Positions 49,848-62,834 are shown, counted from the stretch's first letter. The stretch is DNA of 64,000 nucleotides from Octopus sinensis (GCF_006345805.1 NC_043001.1:22878001-22942000), one strand, 5' to 3'. The notes: generated by a model from the letters alone, not told the origin. Program-made: numbers and translations.

Positions 49848-50088
49848 GTATATATATATAATGTATATATATATATGTATATATTATATGTGTATATATA
49901 TGTATAATATATATATGTGTATATATATTATATATATATTATATGTATATATATGTATATATTATATATATATATTATATATATATATATGTGTATATAT
50001 ATATATATTGTATATATATGTATATTATATATATGTATATGTATATATATATGTATATATATATATATTATATATATATATATTATAT

Positions 50089-50160
<72 letters not shown>
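49715..50160. repeat. (TATG)n/(AT)n microsatellite
   Basis: Direct reading. Confidence 0.95.
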
Positions 50161-50163
<3 letters not shown>

Positions 50164-50506
50164 ATACAGCTGAAATTCCTCAATGTTCAGTTTCCTTAAA
50201 AATGGCAAATATTTTTTATGATAAAGAAAAGTTAGTAATGTATCTTCGCAGAAAATAGTCGAACAAAAAATTCATATCAGCAATATATAAGTTATCAGGA
50301 CAATATAAGGAATGTTGAAACAAGGCAGACATAATACATTCAATATATCACTTAAAATATTTTGACAGAAACAGCCGAGTACGGAACTAAATGTGTTACC
50401 GGTACTTCTCAATAGTGAGACCCTACTTCACCGAATCAGAGTTATCTTTCCTTCTCCATCATCGATAACATAAATACCAGTAATACGCTAACATAGATTA
50501 CATCTA

Positions 50507-50584
<78 letters not shown>

Positions 50585-51077
50585 CAGACACGCACACACA
50601 CGTACACTCACAAGTGGTCTTGTAGTACGTAAAACAAATGTCATTCGTTTTTAGAAAAAAACTTGGGGAAATAAATGCCAGCCATATATATATATTATAT
50701 AGTTGGAAAGTGCTACAGATAATAAAGACTTATTTTACTATTATGTACTGGAGTCTCTATGAACGACAACACCTTCCTTGAATAACTTCGAAATAGCTTT
50801 GTAATATGAAAAATTGCTATTTAGCTGTAAAGGATTGGCGCCGTAGACTAGAAATAAATTCACAGCGAGTCGAGTCATGGAGGCATTTCTATTTCTGGTT
50901 GTTACTGTTTACATATTTCATAACGTCCTTAAAAACTTGGAGAGAGCATTGGATGTCATATATATTTACTGTTTTGCTAATGAAAGAAATTATTATTCCA
51001 ACTACACCACAATGTTCTGAGACATGATAAAGTAGGCCAAGAACAACATATATATAAAATACCAAATTAAGACTGTC

Positions 51078-51123
<46 letters not shown>

Positions 51124-51188
51124 CCTACACACACACACACACATGTGTATATATATATATATAATAATATATATAGATAGATAGATAG

Positions 51189-51254
<66 letters not shown>

Positions 51255-51294
51255 TGTAAATGATTATATATAAATGTGTATATATAGATAGCCT

Positions 51295-51815
51295 CTGTGC
51301 AGCATATGCAGCATATAAGCTACTGGGAAAGACTCAAGAGATTAAAACTCTCTTCCTTGGAGCGTAGGCGAGAAAGATATGCCATAATATATATCTGGAA
51401 GATCCTGGAAGGACTTGTCCCAAACTTTGGTATCGAGAGTCACACAAATGCCAGAACCGGGCGCCACTGCGTGGTACCAAGGACTCCAAAATTTGCCATC
51501 AATATGTAGGACAAGATACTGTGATAGCCTGGGCTTCAGAAGCCCACAGCTCTTCAATATCCTCCCGAAGACCTGAGAGGGACCTGCATAGTGTAGATGC
51601 GGATGTCTTAAAGTAGAACTGGATCCTTCCTGTCAGTGTCCCGGATGAACCAACTTCACGGCAGGAGGTGCAGATGAGGGCAGCTGCATCGAACTCTCTC
51701 ATGCACCAAATGGCAGTTGCTAAAAAGCATTCGTGAGGTAAATCATGTAGCAAACCAAATGGCGGTGCCCCAGCATGGCCACAGCTCATGAGCTGAAACT
51801 GGAAAAATCAAAATC
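51295..51815 (+). mobile_element. CR1/L2-type LINE 3' end with stem-loop tail
   Basis: SYWERLKRLKLSSLERRRERYAIIYIWKILEGLVPNFGI...RTGRHC, ending GGCGGTGCCCCAGCATGGCCACAGCTCATGAGCTGAAAC. Confidence 0.85.
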
Positions 51816-51930
51816 AAATAAAATATGTTTATAAATATATATATATAAATGTATATATAAATGTATATGTATTTTTTCAATGTGTACAAATAACACAGAA
51901 AAAATAAGTAAATAGTTACCAGGCAGCAAT

Positions 51931-51965
<35 letters not shown>

Positions 51966-52047
51966 CTATAATAAATATATTTATATATAATATATATATG
52001 TATATATATATATATTTATATTAAATATATATATGTATATATATATT

Positions 52048-52101
<54 letters not shown>

Positions 52102-52549
52102 AACACACACACACACACACATATATATAAACAAGCTCACTGGCTAATTACGACACCAGCGCCTGTTTATATATAGCTGGTGGGGAGATGAGTCGCTACT
52201 GTCTTTGGCGGTCGAGCGTCCATCATTGACAAGGCCGAGGAAGGTCGAAATCTCGTGATCAGGCGGTCTCGGTGCTGGAGGTGTGGAGATTTACACCAAG
52301 AGTCAATGTGAGAGTTTCTTTCATGGTTTCTACCTCAGTATTGTTTGTCCTAGCAAAACATCCACGTTTAAGTGGAGCGGGGGTAGATATTATATCTCGG
52401 TATTAATACTCCCTCTGTCCATGCAATCTGGCCTTCACATTTTATGTTTCTTTTTTTCTTTTACCTTTTACCTGGACTGCAGGTATGCTGGGTAACTACC
52501 TCCAAGAGTTTAATCGAGCAAATCGATCCCAGGATTCATTTTTAAGTCT

Positions 52550-52773
52550 CTCTTTTACTCTTTTACTCTTTTACTTGTTTCAGTCATGTGACTGTGGCCA
52601 TGCTGGAGCACCGCCTTTAGTCAAGCAAATCGACCCCAGGAGTTATTCTTTGTAAACCTAGTACTTAGTCTATCGGTTTCTTGTGCCGAACCGCTAAGTT
52701 ACGGGGTCGTAAACACACCAGCATCGGTTGTCAAGCGATGTTGGGGGATAAACACACAAACACACAAACACAC

Positions 52774-52820
<47 letters not shown>

Positions 52821-52965
52821 TACGACGGGCTTCTTTCAGTTTTCGTCTACCAAATCCACTCACAAGGCTTTGGTCGGTCCGAGGCTATAGTAGGAGACAC
52901 TTGCCAAAGATACCACGAAGTGAGACTGAACCTGGGACCATGTGGTTCGTAAGCAAGCTACATAC
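52550..52965 (-). mobile_element. SINE family B, full length, followed by an older copy (52965-53250)
   Basis: Reverse complement matches family B. Confidence 0.85.
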
Positions 52966-53697
52966 TACATTCTATCGGTTTGTTTTGCTGAACCGCTAAG
53001 GTAAGGGCCGTAAACATACTAACACATGTTGTCAAGCAGTGGTGGGAACAAACATAAATTCAAAGACACTTACACACGCGCGTACAGACACCCAACTAGA
53101 ACGGGCTTCCACGTAGTTTCCCTCTACCAAATTCAATCCCTCGATATTAGTCAGTCCGGGGCTATAGAAAGAGACACTCACTTAAGGTGTCGTAGAATGG
53201 AACTGAACCCGAAACCACGTTCTCGCAAAGCGAACTCCTTAACCAGACAGCTACGCATGCACCAACTTCTGTTAATTGTTTTATCCACTCCTATGTATCT
53301 GGTAGCTAAGAAAATAGCCTCCTACAGAGTCAGTTACTTAGCTTACAACTTCTATACCTAGACATGTGGAACCGCGTATCTAGATAAATTTCCTTTACCA
53401 TTTGATAGCTACTGATGACTAAGTCATTCTTACCAAGAACTCTGCTAGCTCTCTAAGAGTCTACCCAATAAGTTTTATTCTCGTCTAGATATTTTAGTAA
53501 ATTAATGTTAACTTCTTAGAATTTCAAAAATAAGACGCTCTATTGGACAATAATTTTCCGTTGATCTAGATACATGATATTGAAATATGGGCTATGCAAA
53601 AAGAAACTTGATATAGTGGCCATCAAAATATTGAGAATGATTCATGAAGTGGCGCGACATGCTAACATACGACTCACTGGGTTGGGCGTGTGTGGAA

Positions 53698-53732
<35 letters not shown>

Positions 53733-53759
53733 GTGTGTGTGTGTGTATACATATATATG

Positions 53760-54006
53760 GTTTTATGCTTCAACCATTTGACTGCGGCCATGCTGGAGCA
53801 CCGCCTTTAGCCGAATAAATCGACCCAGGACTTATTCTTTGTAAGCCTAGTACTTATTCTATCGATCTCTTGTCCCGAACCGCTAAGTTACGGGGCACGT
53901 AAACACACCAACATCGATTATCAAGCGATGGTGGGGGTCATCAAACACAGACACACAAATACATACTAATAAAAACAATTAACAAATGCATGCATACATA
54001 AATACG

Positions 54007-54046
<40 letters not shown>

Positions 54047-54093
54047 ATATTATATATACAATATATGTATTATATACATATATATGTATATAG

Positions 54094-54136
<43 letters not shown>

Positions 54137-54447
54137 TAATTATTATATACATACTATACATACATATATATACATATACATATATACATACATACATACA
54201 TGTATATACATATATACATACATATATACATATATATATATGCATACACATATATACATGCATATATATATATTTATATATACATTGTTGTTTTTCCCGT
54301 CCCTGGCCAGATTGGAGCAATCTCGAGTATAACCAGCCGAAATTGCAAAGATAATCTGGGACTCGAGTGAGGAAAGAAAACTCAGAATGACCTGTCCTTG
54401 TTTTCTTTGTATCGTCTATCTGGATGATTTGCGTTCTTGTCCCAGTT

Positions 54448-54498
<51 letters not shown>

Positions 54499-55075
54499 AA
54501 AAAAATATATACATATATATGCATACAGATACTTACATATACTAAACATATACATATAATAAGTTGCATATAATATATATACATGCATATATATATATAT
54601 ACAATACATATATATATACATATATATATATATGCATATATATCTAATATACATACATATATACATATATATACATACATATATAATACATATATATATA
54701 TGCAATATATATATACATATACATACATATATAATATATATACGTATATATATATATATACATATATATATATACATACATATATATATACATATATTAT
54801 ATATACATATATATATACATATATATATATACATATATAATAACATACATACATAATACAATATACATATAATATATATTATATATATATATATAATATT
54901 ATATATTATACATACATACATACATACATACATGCATGCATGTCAACTAAATCCACTCAGAAGGCTTTGGTCAACCAGAGGCTCTAGTAGCAGACACTTA
55001 CCCAAGGTGTCACACAGTGGGACTGAACCCGGAACCATGTGGTTTGGAAGTAACCGTCTTACCACACAGCCACTA
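53760..55075 (-). mobile_element. SINE family B copy whose internal linker is replaced by about 1 kb of microsatellite
   Basis: The 3' half (53760-53960) and 5' half (54940-55075) are colinear on either side of (AT)n/(ACAT)n. Confidence 0.65.
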
Positions 55076-56628
55076 CATACATACATACATACATACATAC
55101 ATACATACACGTATTTGTGCTTATATGAACGTATATGTATATATACATGTATACATTTATACATAGTGTTTTTATCTCTCTGTCTGTCTGTCTCCCCCTC
55201 TCCCCCCTCTCTCTCTATATATATTTATGTATGTTTATATACATACATACATTGTGCTAAATTGAAGGAGACAAGGTATATAAAACACGTTAGTTACATC
55301 TTAGAGACGCTGAAAAAATGTCGAAACACACTTCGCAAGGCGTTTCTGGCAAGGCAACATGATGGAAATGCTGCTAAAAGAATGGAGAAAGCACAGCCAT
55401 ACAGACAGTATAGGTTTCTCTGACGCCATTGCCTACTTAACTAATTTGAACAGAGAAATCCCTGAAATATGTTACTGTGAGATGCCATTCGCATGAAAAA
55501 CAATAGTTCAGTTAGTGTGAGCATATGTAATGTAATGAACACTATTAAATCAACCGGAAAAGCATTTGGGGCAAGGGAAAGACAACATTATTTAAATGAC
55601 TAATAGTATTTTAATCTCTTTAGCTAATACGGGAGACAACTCTGGACATATTTAAGTCATATGAGATGCTCGTCTGAAATTTTGGTACAAAGTCAACAAT
55701 TTATGGGCAGAGGGTAGTCGTTTACATCGATTCCAATGCTTTTGTTTTATTTAGTTTATCGACACCGAAAGTATGACAGGCAAAGTCGATCCCGGCGGAA
55801 TTTGAACTCAGAACGTAAAGACGGACGAAACGCCGCTAAGCATTTGATCCAGCGTACAAACGATTCTGCCTGCTCACTGCCTACAAGCTATATGAGATAT
55901 TCTTAACATATTGCTAGCGTTTAAACGAAGAGGCCTCTCCGCAGCGGTCGACCTGCTGGAAGAGCATTCATATCTCCTTAAATCACATCCCACCATCTTA
56001 GAACTGGAAGGACATAGTGAAGAAGGTAATTCTTGATATACAAAGGGCGGGATGAAAACGGACGGAGCACTTTTGATCATGGGGCTGATCACTCAGTGTT
56101 AACTCGAGGCTAAACAATGACAACAACAACGACAACAAGCATTTATTTTATCGACCTCAGAAGAACGAAAGCAAAGACGATACCGGCAAGATTTGAACTA
56201 AGGACGTGGATAAACGAAACTGAATATGTTCTGAACATTACTTTCCTATATTCTGCCGCTGGGTCAGGGCATGGGTACACTGGGAATATACTCAGGGACC
56301 TCACGGCCCTAGGGACCCACTTCTGACATATGTACACTGCGGTTTGCTGTCGATAAATAAATACTATGGGGCCGAGTGCATTGATTTTCCCGGGGGCCTA
56401 TACTGCTGCTATAATAGTTCTGCTACATGCCATACTATTTCCATCATATAATTATATTCGCTATACTAGAACTCAGTTAATCATTCAAAGCAATACGATC
56501 CTGCAGTTATAACCCCAGAAGAAACATTCTTCTGCATCTACCCGTTCCGGCACTCATAAGTAAAAGAGCAAAAAAAGCAAAAAAAAAAAAAAAAAAATCA
56601 TATTAATAAGAGGAAATGCAAAGAATCC

Positions 56629-56904
56629 ATGCTATCCTTTTTTTTTACCAAGGTAGTGAGCGGTATTCCGCAGGGCACTGTTTTGGGACCACTACTGTTC
56701 ATAATGGCCCTCCCAGACATACCCTCAGCCACGCAGAGAGCCACGATCACAAGTTATGCAGATGATACAAAAGTTTCACAGGCAATACAGAACCCTGAAG
56801 ACACTAAGCACCTGCAATGTGAGCTGGACAAAATATACAAGTGGGCTGAAAAGAATAGCATGCAGTTCAATGCTGAAAAGTTTCAAGCAACGCAAAAGAA
56901 CTGA
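56629..56904 (+). mobile_element. CR1/L2-type reverse transcriptase fragment
   Basis: VVSGIPQGTVLGPLLFI...YADDTKV...DKIYKWAEKNSMQFNAEKF. Confidence 0.9.
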
Positions 56905-58664
56905 GATAAATCCAAATGATCGTTGACACTACTCACTGACAGCTTATCCAAATTCGCCACAGTTAGTTCTTGTTCAGATTGTATATGTGAATACCTTTTT
57001 CACGTTTTTCCTGATCTTACAACTCCACCTCTCTACTTTAAAAATTTTTCTGGCGTTCCTGTTAATTTTTTCTTTGCTTTGAATGTTACCCTCCCATCCC
57101 GTTCCCTTATTTATCGCTTTTATGTGCTTTCTTTACACTATTACTATTCTCCATCTATTTAATCATCTCGACTCATTTCACCTCTTTCATATAAAGGGCT
57201 CAGCTCGAAACGTTAGAGTGTTCTTCATCTCTTAGGCAAAATAAATAGTTTCAGACCGTGAGCTCTGTGAACTTACTATTTGCTGTCACAGATCATCACT
57301 AGTTTCCTCAGGTTCGGTAGTTTCATTAAATACAGTTTAAAGAAAGCAAAACGCTAAACAACTCTGCAATGGTTAATGGTTTTCTTCAGTGTTTCAGGAG
57401 AAAAAATACCTGGATGTAATAATATATTTAAACGACAAGATGGTGAATAAAAACACCCTAGAAAAAAGCAATAGGGAGCTACCTTTGTCTTCGTTAATCC
57501 CAATATAAATTCGGTCGCAATTTCTGAACGATAAGATTATCTCAAAAGATGTTAAGCAAACGGTAAGCAGACAGAAGTGAGATTGCGTTGGAGTATTTAG
57601 TAAACATTGAATTATTGGTTTCAGATTTATTGGGTTATTCTTCTTCATAGAAATTGTTTTACTACTTTCTATCAGGAATAAAAGTGGGTGAATTGACAGA
57701 ATCGTCAGCACGCTGAGCAAAATGCTTAGTTGCCTTTCGTCTGTCTTTACGTTCTGAGTTCAAATTCTGCCGAGGTCGACTCTGTCTTATATTCTTCCGA
57801 GAGCAATATAACAAGAAGGTGGATTGGCAGAATTGTTAAGGTGTGGGAGAAAATGTTTTGCAGTTTTTTATCCAGTTCTTTATGTTCTGTGTGACATAAG
57901 TGTGTCGAGCCTATAAGTTGGTGTCTTCGAAAGAAAAAGAAAAAAGATCATTTAAAGGTAACAACAAAAAACCCAACTTAATTTTCTCTTGGAAAAAGTC
58001 ATTGAGTAAAGCATAGAACTTGCCTAAGATGTCAACATGCATCGTTCATGAAGGAAGTAATAGTGAATAATGCATTTAAACGGCAGAACAAGGAACGCAG
58101 TGGATTAATCCATGTAAAAAAAACGAATGGAAGGCTAAGGGGGGAGGGTAGTATCTACTGTTCAAAAAAAAAAAAAAAGATTGTTATGTCTTGTTCAAGT
58201 ATAAGTACAGAGTACAATTCTTTTAACATTATATGGTCTACTGCCATTACGTTTCTACTCAAATCAAATAAAAAGAAAAAGCAAAAAGAGAGAGAAAAAA
58301 GAAAACATGAAAATATTACGGAATGAAATTACAGACACAGCAACGTTTTCCAGTATATCTAGACTTGTAAGGAATTCTTCGAAACGACTGAAGAGTAAAG
58401 TGATAAATCACATGGTTCGGTTCTATGTGACATCTGCAGGATGAAGCATATTACACCACGCTGGTGTAATCAGATAGTCTTAATAAGCAACAGCAGCGAC
58501 TATTAATTAGACTCTATATTCATAGTGTGTTGCTAATGATAGTTTCTGCGGTGGATGTGGAGATTATTAATTTGATTCCATGGCTTGAAATAACTGACAT
58601 AGAGTAAAGGAATTCGTCGCTTTTGCACATCGTGCGCTGTGTAATCTCGGCTTGCACGAGGAAG

Positions 58665-58857
58665 GAGTACATACGCGTACATACATACGTGCATACGTAG
58701 ACACATACATACCTACAGACATACATACGTACATAAGTACAAACATGAATACATACATACACGCACATACATGCATACATACACACGCATACGTATGCAT
58801 ATATATGTTTATGCATTTATCTCTCTCTGTATATATACATATATATCTATGTGTATG

Positions 58858-58889
<32 letters not shown>

Positions 58890-58916
58890 CACACATATAT
58901 ATATATACATATATAT

Positions 58917-58958
<42 letters not shown>

Positions 58959-58979
58959 CATTATATATATATATACATA

Positions 58980-59017
<38 letters not shown>

Positions 59018-59018
59018 C

Positions 59019-59055
<37 letters not shown>

Positions 59056-59132
59056 CATATATATATGCATATATATATACATATATACATATATATACAT
59101 ATATACATATATATATATACATATATATATAT

Positions 59133-59168
<36 letters not shown>

Positions 59169-59170
59169 CT
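58665..59170. repeat. (ACAT)n/(AT)n microsatellite
   Basis: Direct reading. Confidence 0.95.
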
Positions 59171-59920
59171 ATAATCGTCCAACCGGGACCCCTGTATCTC
59201 AGTCTATGTTTGCTCTACGTAGACATATTATACATTTTTGGAATCAGGATGATCCCGGGATTGAAAATCTGCCCTTCATTTGGTTCTTGAACATCCAGCT
59301 TAGGGATTAGGTCTGGATGAGGATTTGCTATATCCTAACAGTTAAAGATTCAAAATTTTAAAAGAACTCCAATGCATTTGTGAACTAACAAGTTTTCCAT
59401 TTAAACTGAATTTAAAGTAATACAATATTGGTAAGGTACTAATAACTGCTTTATTATTACTGCTCTCTTTGGTTGTGGACCGCAGGCCCAATTAGCTCTG
59501 CGGTTTTTAAGCAGGCACACATACACACACACTCATGTATATATATCTATAATATATATATATATGTGTATATATATCTATACAATAATATGTTACCTTA
59601 CTCGGTAGTCAAGATAAAACTCTGAGTAAAGTAACATATTATTGTATAGATAAATTTCCTCTATTTACATAATATTGAGGTCTCTTTCTTTCTTTTGTTA
59701 TCCTACCGTTTTATCAATATGTGTATATATATATATATAATCATACACACATATACGTGTATAAATATCTGTCTATATTTACATATATACATTTATACAT
59801 ACATTCACGTACGTGCACGCATACACACATACATACACACAGAACATATCCCCAAAACATATATAATCATATAGCCTGAACAGGATAAGCTACCCCAATT
59901 TTGCAGAAAAAAATGTTGGC

Positions 59921-59996
59921 GGCTGGCTATGAGACTCGAACTCACACCTCCGTGATTACGCGTCGCGGTGCTCTGAACCAATTAAGCAAAACTGCC
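59921..59996 (-). pseudogene. tRNA-like sequence (Thr-CGT-like, non-canonical anticodon arm)
   Basis: D arm GCTT-AATTGGTTC-AGAGC and T arm GTGAG-TTCGAGT-CTCAT. A T7 run lies 7 nt downstream and CTATATAG 30-37 nt upstream. The anticodon arm has an extra base and lacks U33. Confidence 0.55.
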
Positions 59997-60289
59997 CACA
60001 CCACAAATTCTTTCGCAAATTTAAGCTATATAGAAATTACGCTTTATGAGATGCTATCATACATTAAATTCAAATTACGATGAACGTAAACAAACAAACG
60101 AAGTTTGCTTTAGAAGCGTTGAGATGTCTTAGAAAGTTAAAGAAGTGATTTTAAATTCTCAAACACAGGATAATGCTAATAATATAGCCTGAACAGGATA
60201 AGCTACCCCTATTTTGCAGAAAAAGGTGTTGGCAGCCGGCTATGAGACTCGAACTCACACCTTAAATTTGCGGAAGAATCTGTGGTGTG

Positions 60290-60365
60290 GGCGGTTTAGC
60301 TTAATTGGTTCAGAGCACCGCGACGCGTAATCACGGAGGTGTGAGTTCGAGTCTCATAGCCGGCC
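60290..60365 (+). pseudogene. Inverted second copy of the tRNA-like sequence
   Basis: GGCGGTTTAGCTTAATTGGTTCAGAGCACCGCGACGCGTAATCACGGAGGTGTGAGTTCGAGTCTCATAGCCGGCC. Confidence 0.55.
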
Positions 60366-60559
60366 GCTAACACTTTCTTCTGCAAAATAGGGGTAGCTTA
60401 TCAGGTTATATTATTAGCATTATCAGGTTATATTATTAGCATTATCCTGCGTTTGAGAATTTAAAATCACTTCCTTAGCTTTATATAATCATATTGAAGG
60501 ACTATAAAGTCTGTATTTATTCAACTACATTTTATTTTCCAAATTGAAAAGAATCTACC

Positions 60560-61982
60560 GGCAGAATTTTATTTTTTATGGACGTCTGTTTTCAAATAGA
60601 TGACCGTTCTGGTTCAAGTACTGATGATAAGGCAGGACAATGGAATTGTGAACAGCAAGGAACATTTTGTTCGGTACCCTTGCGCATTTTCGTTCAATGG
60701 CTGCCCTGAATTCGTCAACTGTTGCCGGTTTTGCACCGTAAACTTTATCCTTTAAGTATCTCCATAAAGTTTAAGTTTAGAAGTGTGATGTTCGGTGAAC
60801 GCAGAAGGTATTCTGTTGAATCTCTCCGTCCAATCACCTGTTTGACAAATTCCCATCTAGTGTTAAGCAGTGTTGGGGTAGCCTATCTTGCTAGAAATAA
60901 AGCTTCACATCTTTAAAGTCCTCTTGAATGCTTGACATGATAGAATCTTGTAGTAGGTTTAAGTAAATGGGATCAATCACAGTATCGTTAAAAAAGAATG
61001 GTCCAATTAATCCATTTGATGATAAGCGGCACTACACTATGACCCCTGATAAATTAACATGGTGTTCCTCCATAATTCGTGGACTGTCAGGCCCCTAGTA
61101 GGTGCAACTGCGGTGGTTAATTGGGTCATTTACTTAAAATGTAGCCTCATCACTCCAAATAAACTTTGTTAGAAAGTATGCAAAAGTATCACTTGCAAAA
61201 CGTCACTTTTCAGTCCGGATCATCTTCATTTGAGAGCATGGATTATTCTTGGAAGCTTGATAATTGATAAAGACAGGAAGCTTGATAATTGTAGCCCAGC
61301 ATCAGTTTCTCCCAATGAGTAATTATCAGAGTTGTATTCAGAAACAGAATGCGAAAACCGGAATGCTTTTTGCGTGGTCAGTTTGTTGCAATCACTTGAG
61401 ATATGACGTGAGCAGCTTAGGAAGGAATTTCAAACAGAACCAGCAATACAACTCACAATTAAAGGTAAGTTTGAAGCACAAAACTGTTCAGAACGTTCAC
61501 AAAAAAACACCAAAGAAGACTGCTGACATCGACTAGCCTCACAAATCAAGAAATTGTACAAGAAATATTTTGCTAGATTTCAAGAAAATCTGTACAGCGT
61601 TTCAAAATGCGACGAACGCTTGATTTCCGAATTCGGAACTCATGACTCGCTTGCCGTACAGATTTTCTTGAAGTTTAGCAAAATATTTCTTGTACAATTT
61701 CTTGATATGTGAGGCTAGTCGATATCAGCGGTGTTCTGGGATGTTTTTTGTGAACGTTCTGAACAGTTTCGTGCTTCAAACTTATCTTTAATTCTGAGTT
61801 GTATTGCTGGTTCTGTTTGAAATTCCTTCCTAAGCTGCTCACGTCATATCTCAAGTGATTGCAACAAACTGACCACGCATAAAGCATTCCGGTTTGGTAT
61901 TCTGTTTCTGAATACAACTCTGAGATAATTACTCGTTGGGAGAAACTGATGCTGGGATACAATTATCAAGCTTCCTGTCTTT
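60560..61982 (-). mobile_element. Decayed IS630-Tc1-mariner transposase containing a 327-bp inverted duplication
   Basis: EQLRKEFQTEP...VQNVHKK...SVRQASHEFRIRKS(S)VRRILKR, then PRIIHA(L)[25 protein letters not shown] and LWRYLKDKVYGAKPATVDEFRAAI. Confidence 0.8.
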
Positions 61983-62158
61983 TATTCCAGCGGAATCTTT
62001 GCGTTATGTGCATGTTTATTGTTTGTTGTAGACTTTTTAATTGCGTCACTGATAAATTTGTTTGTGGAGAGGTTTAATTCCTATGCTGTGTTCGTTTTCC
62101 TCGTCTGCTATTAATTAGTCTTTAGTTCTTCAATTTCTTTTGTTGTATTCCTCCATTC

Positions 62159-62265
<107 letters not shown>

Positions 62266-62834
62266 CGTGCGTGTGAGTTTAGTACTAAGTTTACGTGTGG
62301 GTTTTGAAGAATTTACGTGTGGAATAACTATATCTTCTAAATTCTCTTTGAGCAATTTTTGGCATAATGACTGCAACGTTTTTCCTTTGTTTTTAGCAAC
62401 TTGATGCAACTCTCTTTTCTTTTTTAGATAAATCTAACTGAGCCGGATTTATCGACCATTTCAAAACGTAAATGTTTCTTCTTACCATATACACACATGC
62501 CATAGTTCACCTTTGTGGAGATGTAGTGTATAATTCCTTAACAGTTATCTTAGTTTCGTGTCCAGTTTTATATATATTTTATCTCTTACATATTCCAATT
62601 TACCACACAGAAGCTGCAGCTTACTGCTAGGACTGATAAGGTACCAGTTGCTTCCTTCATATTTCAAGTAGAATCCGCTTTTTAGAATCAGTCAATCCGC
62701 CGAATATATTCTTTTCTGATTATTTCCTTCATTTTAACACGCTGCATCTGGTTGCCTTCCTTGATCCCTAGCTATTCATACGTCCCACATGTTGCCTGGA
62801 TGATTGCATAATTAACCTGCCCCCTTTTGAAATA

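Noticed and set aside
54305-54366. CCAGCCGAAATTGCAA motif as a hammerhead
   Set aside because: No CUGANGA core and no NUH triplet in register.
57182-57218. GGGC-TCA-GCTC-GAAACGTT-AGAG hammerhead half
   Set aside because: Stems and the GAAAC strand fit, but the CUGANGA strand is absent; at most a dead Penelope-type tail.
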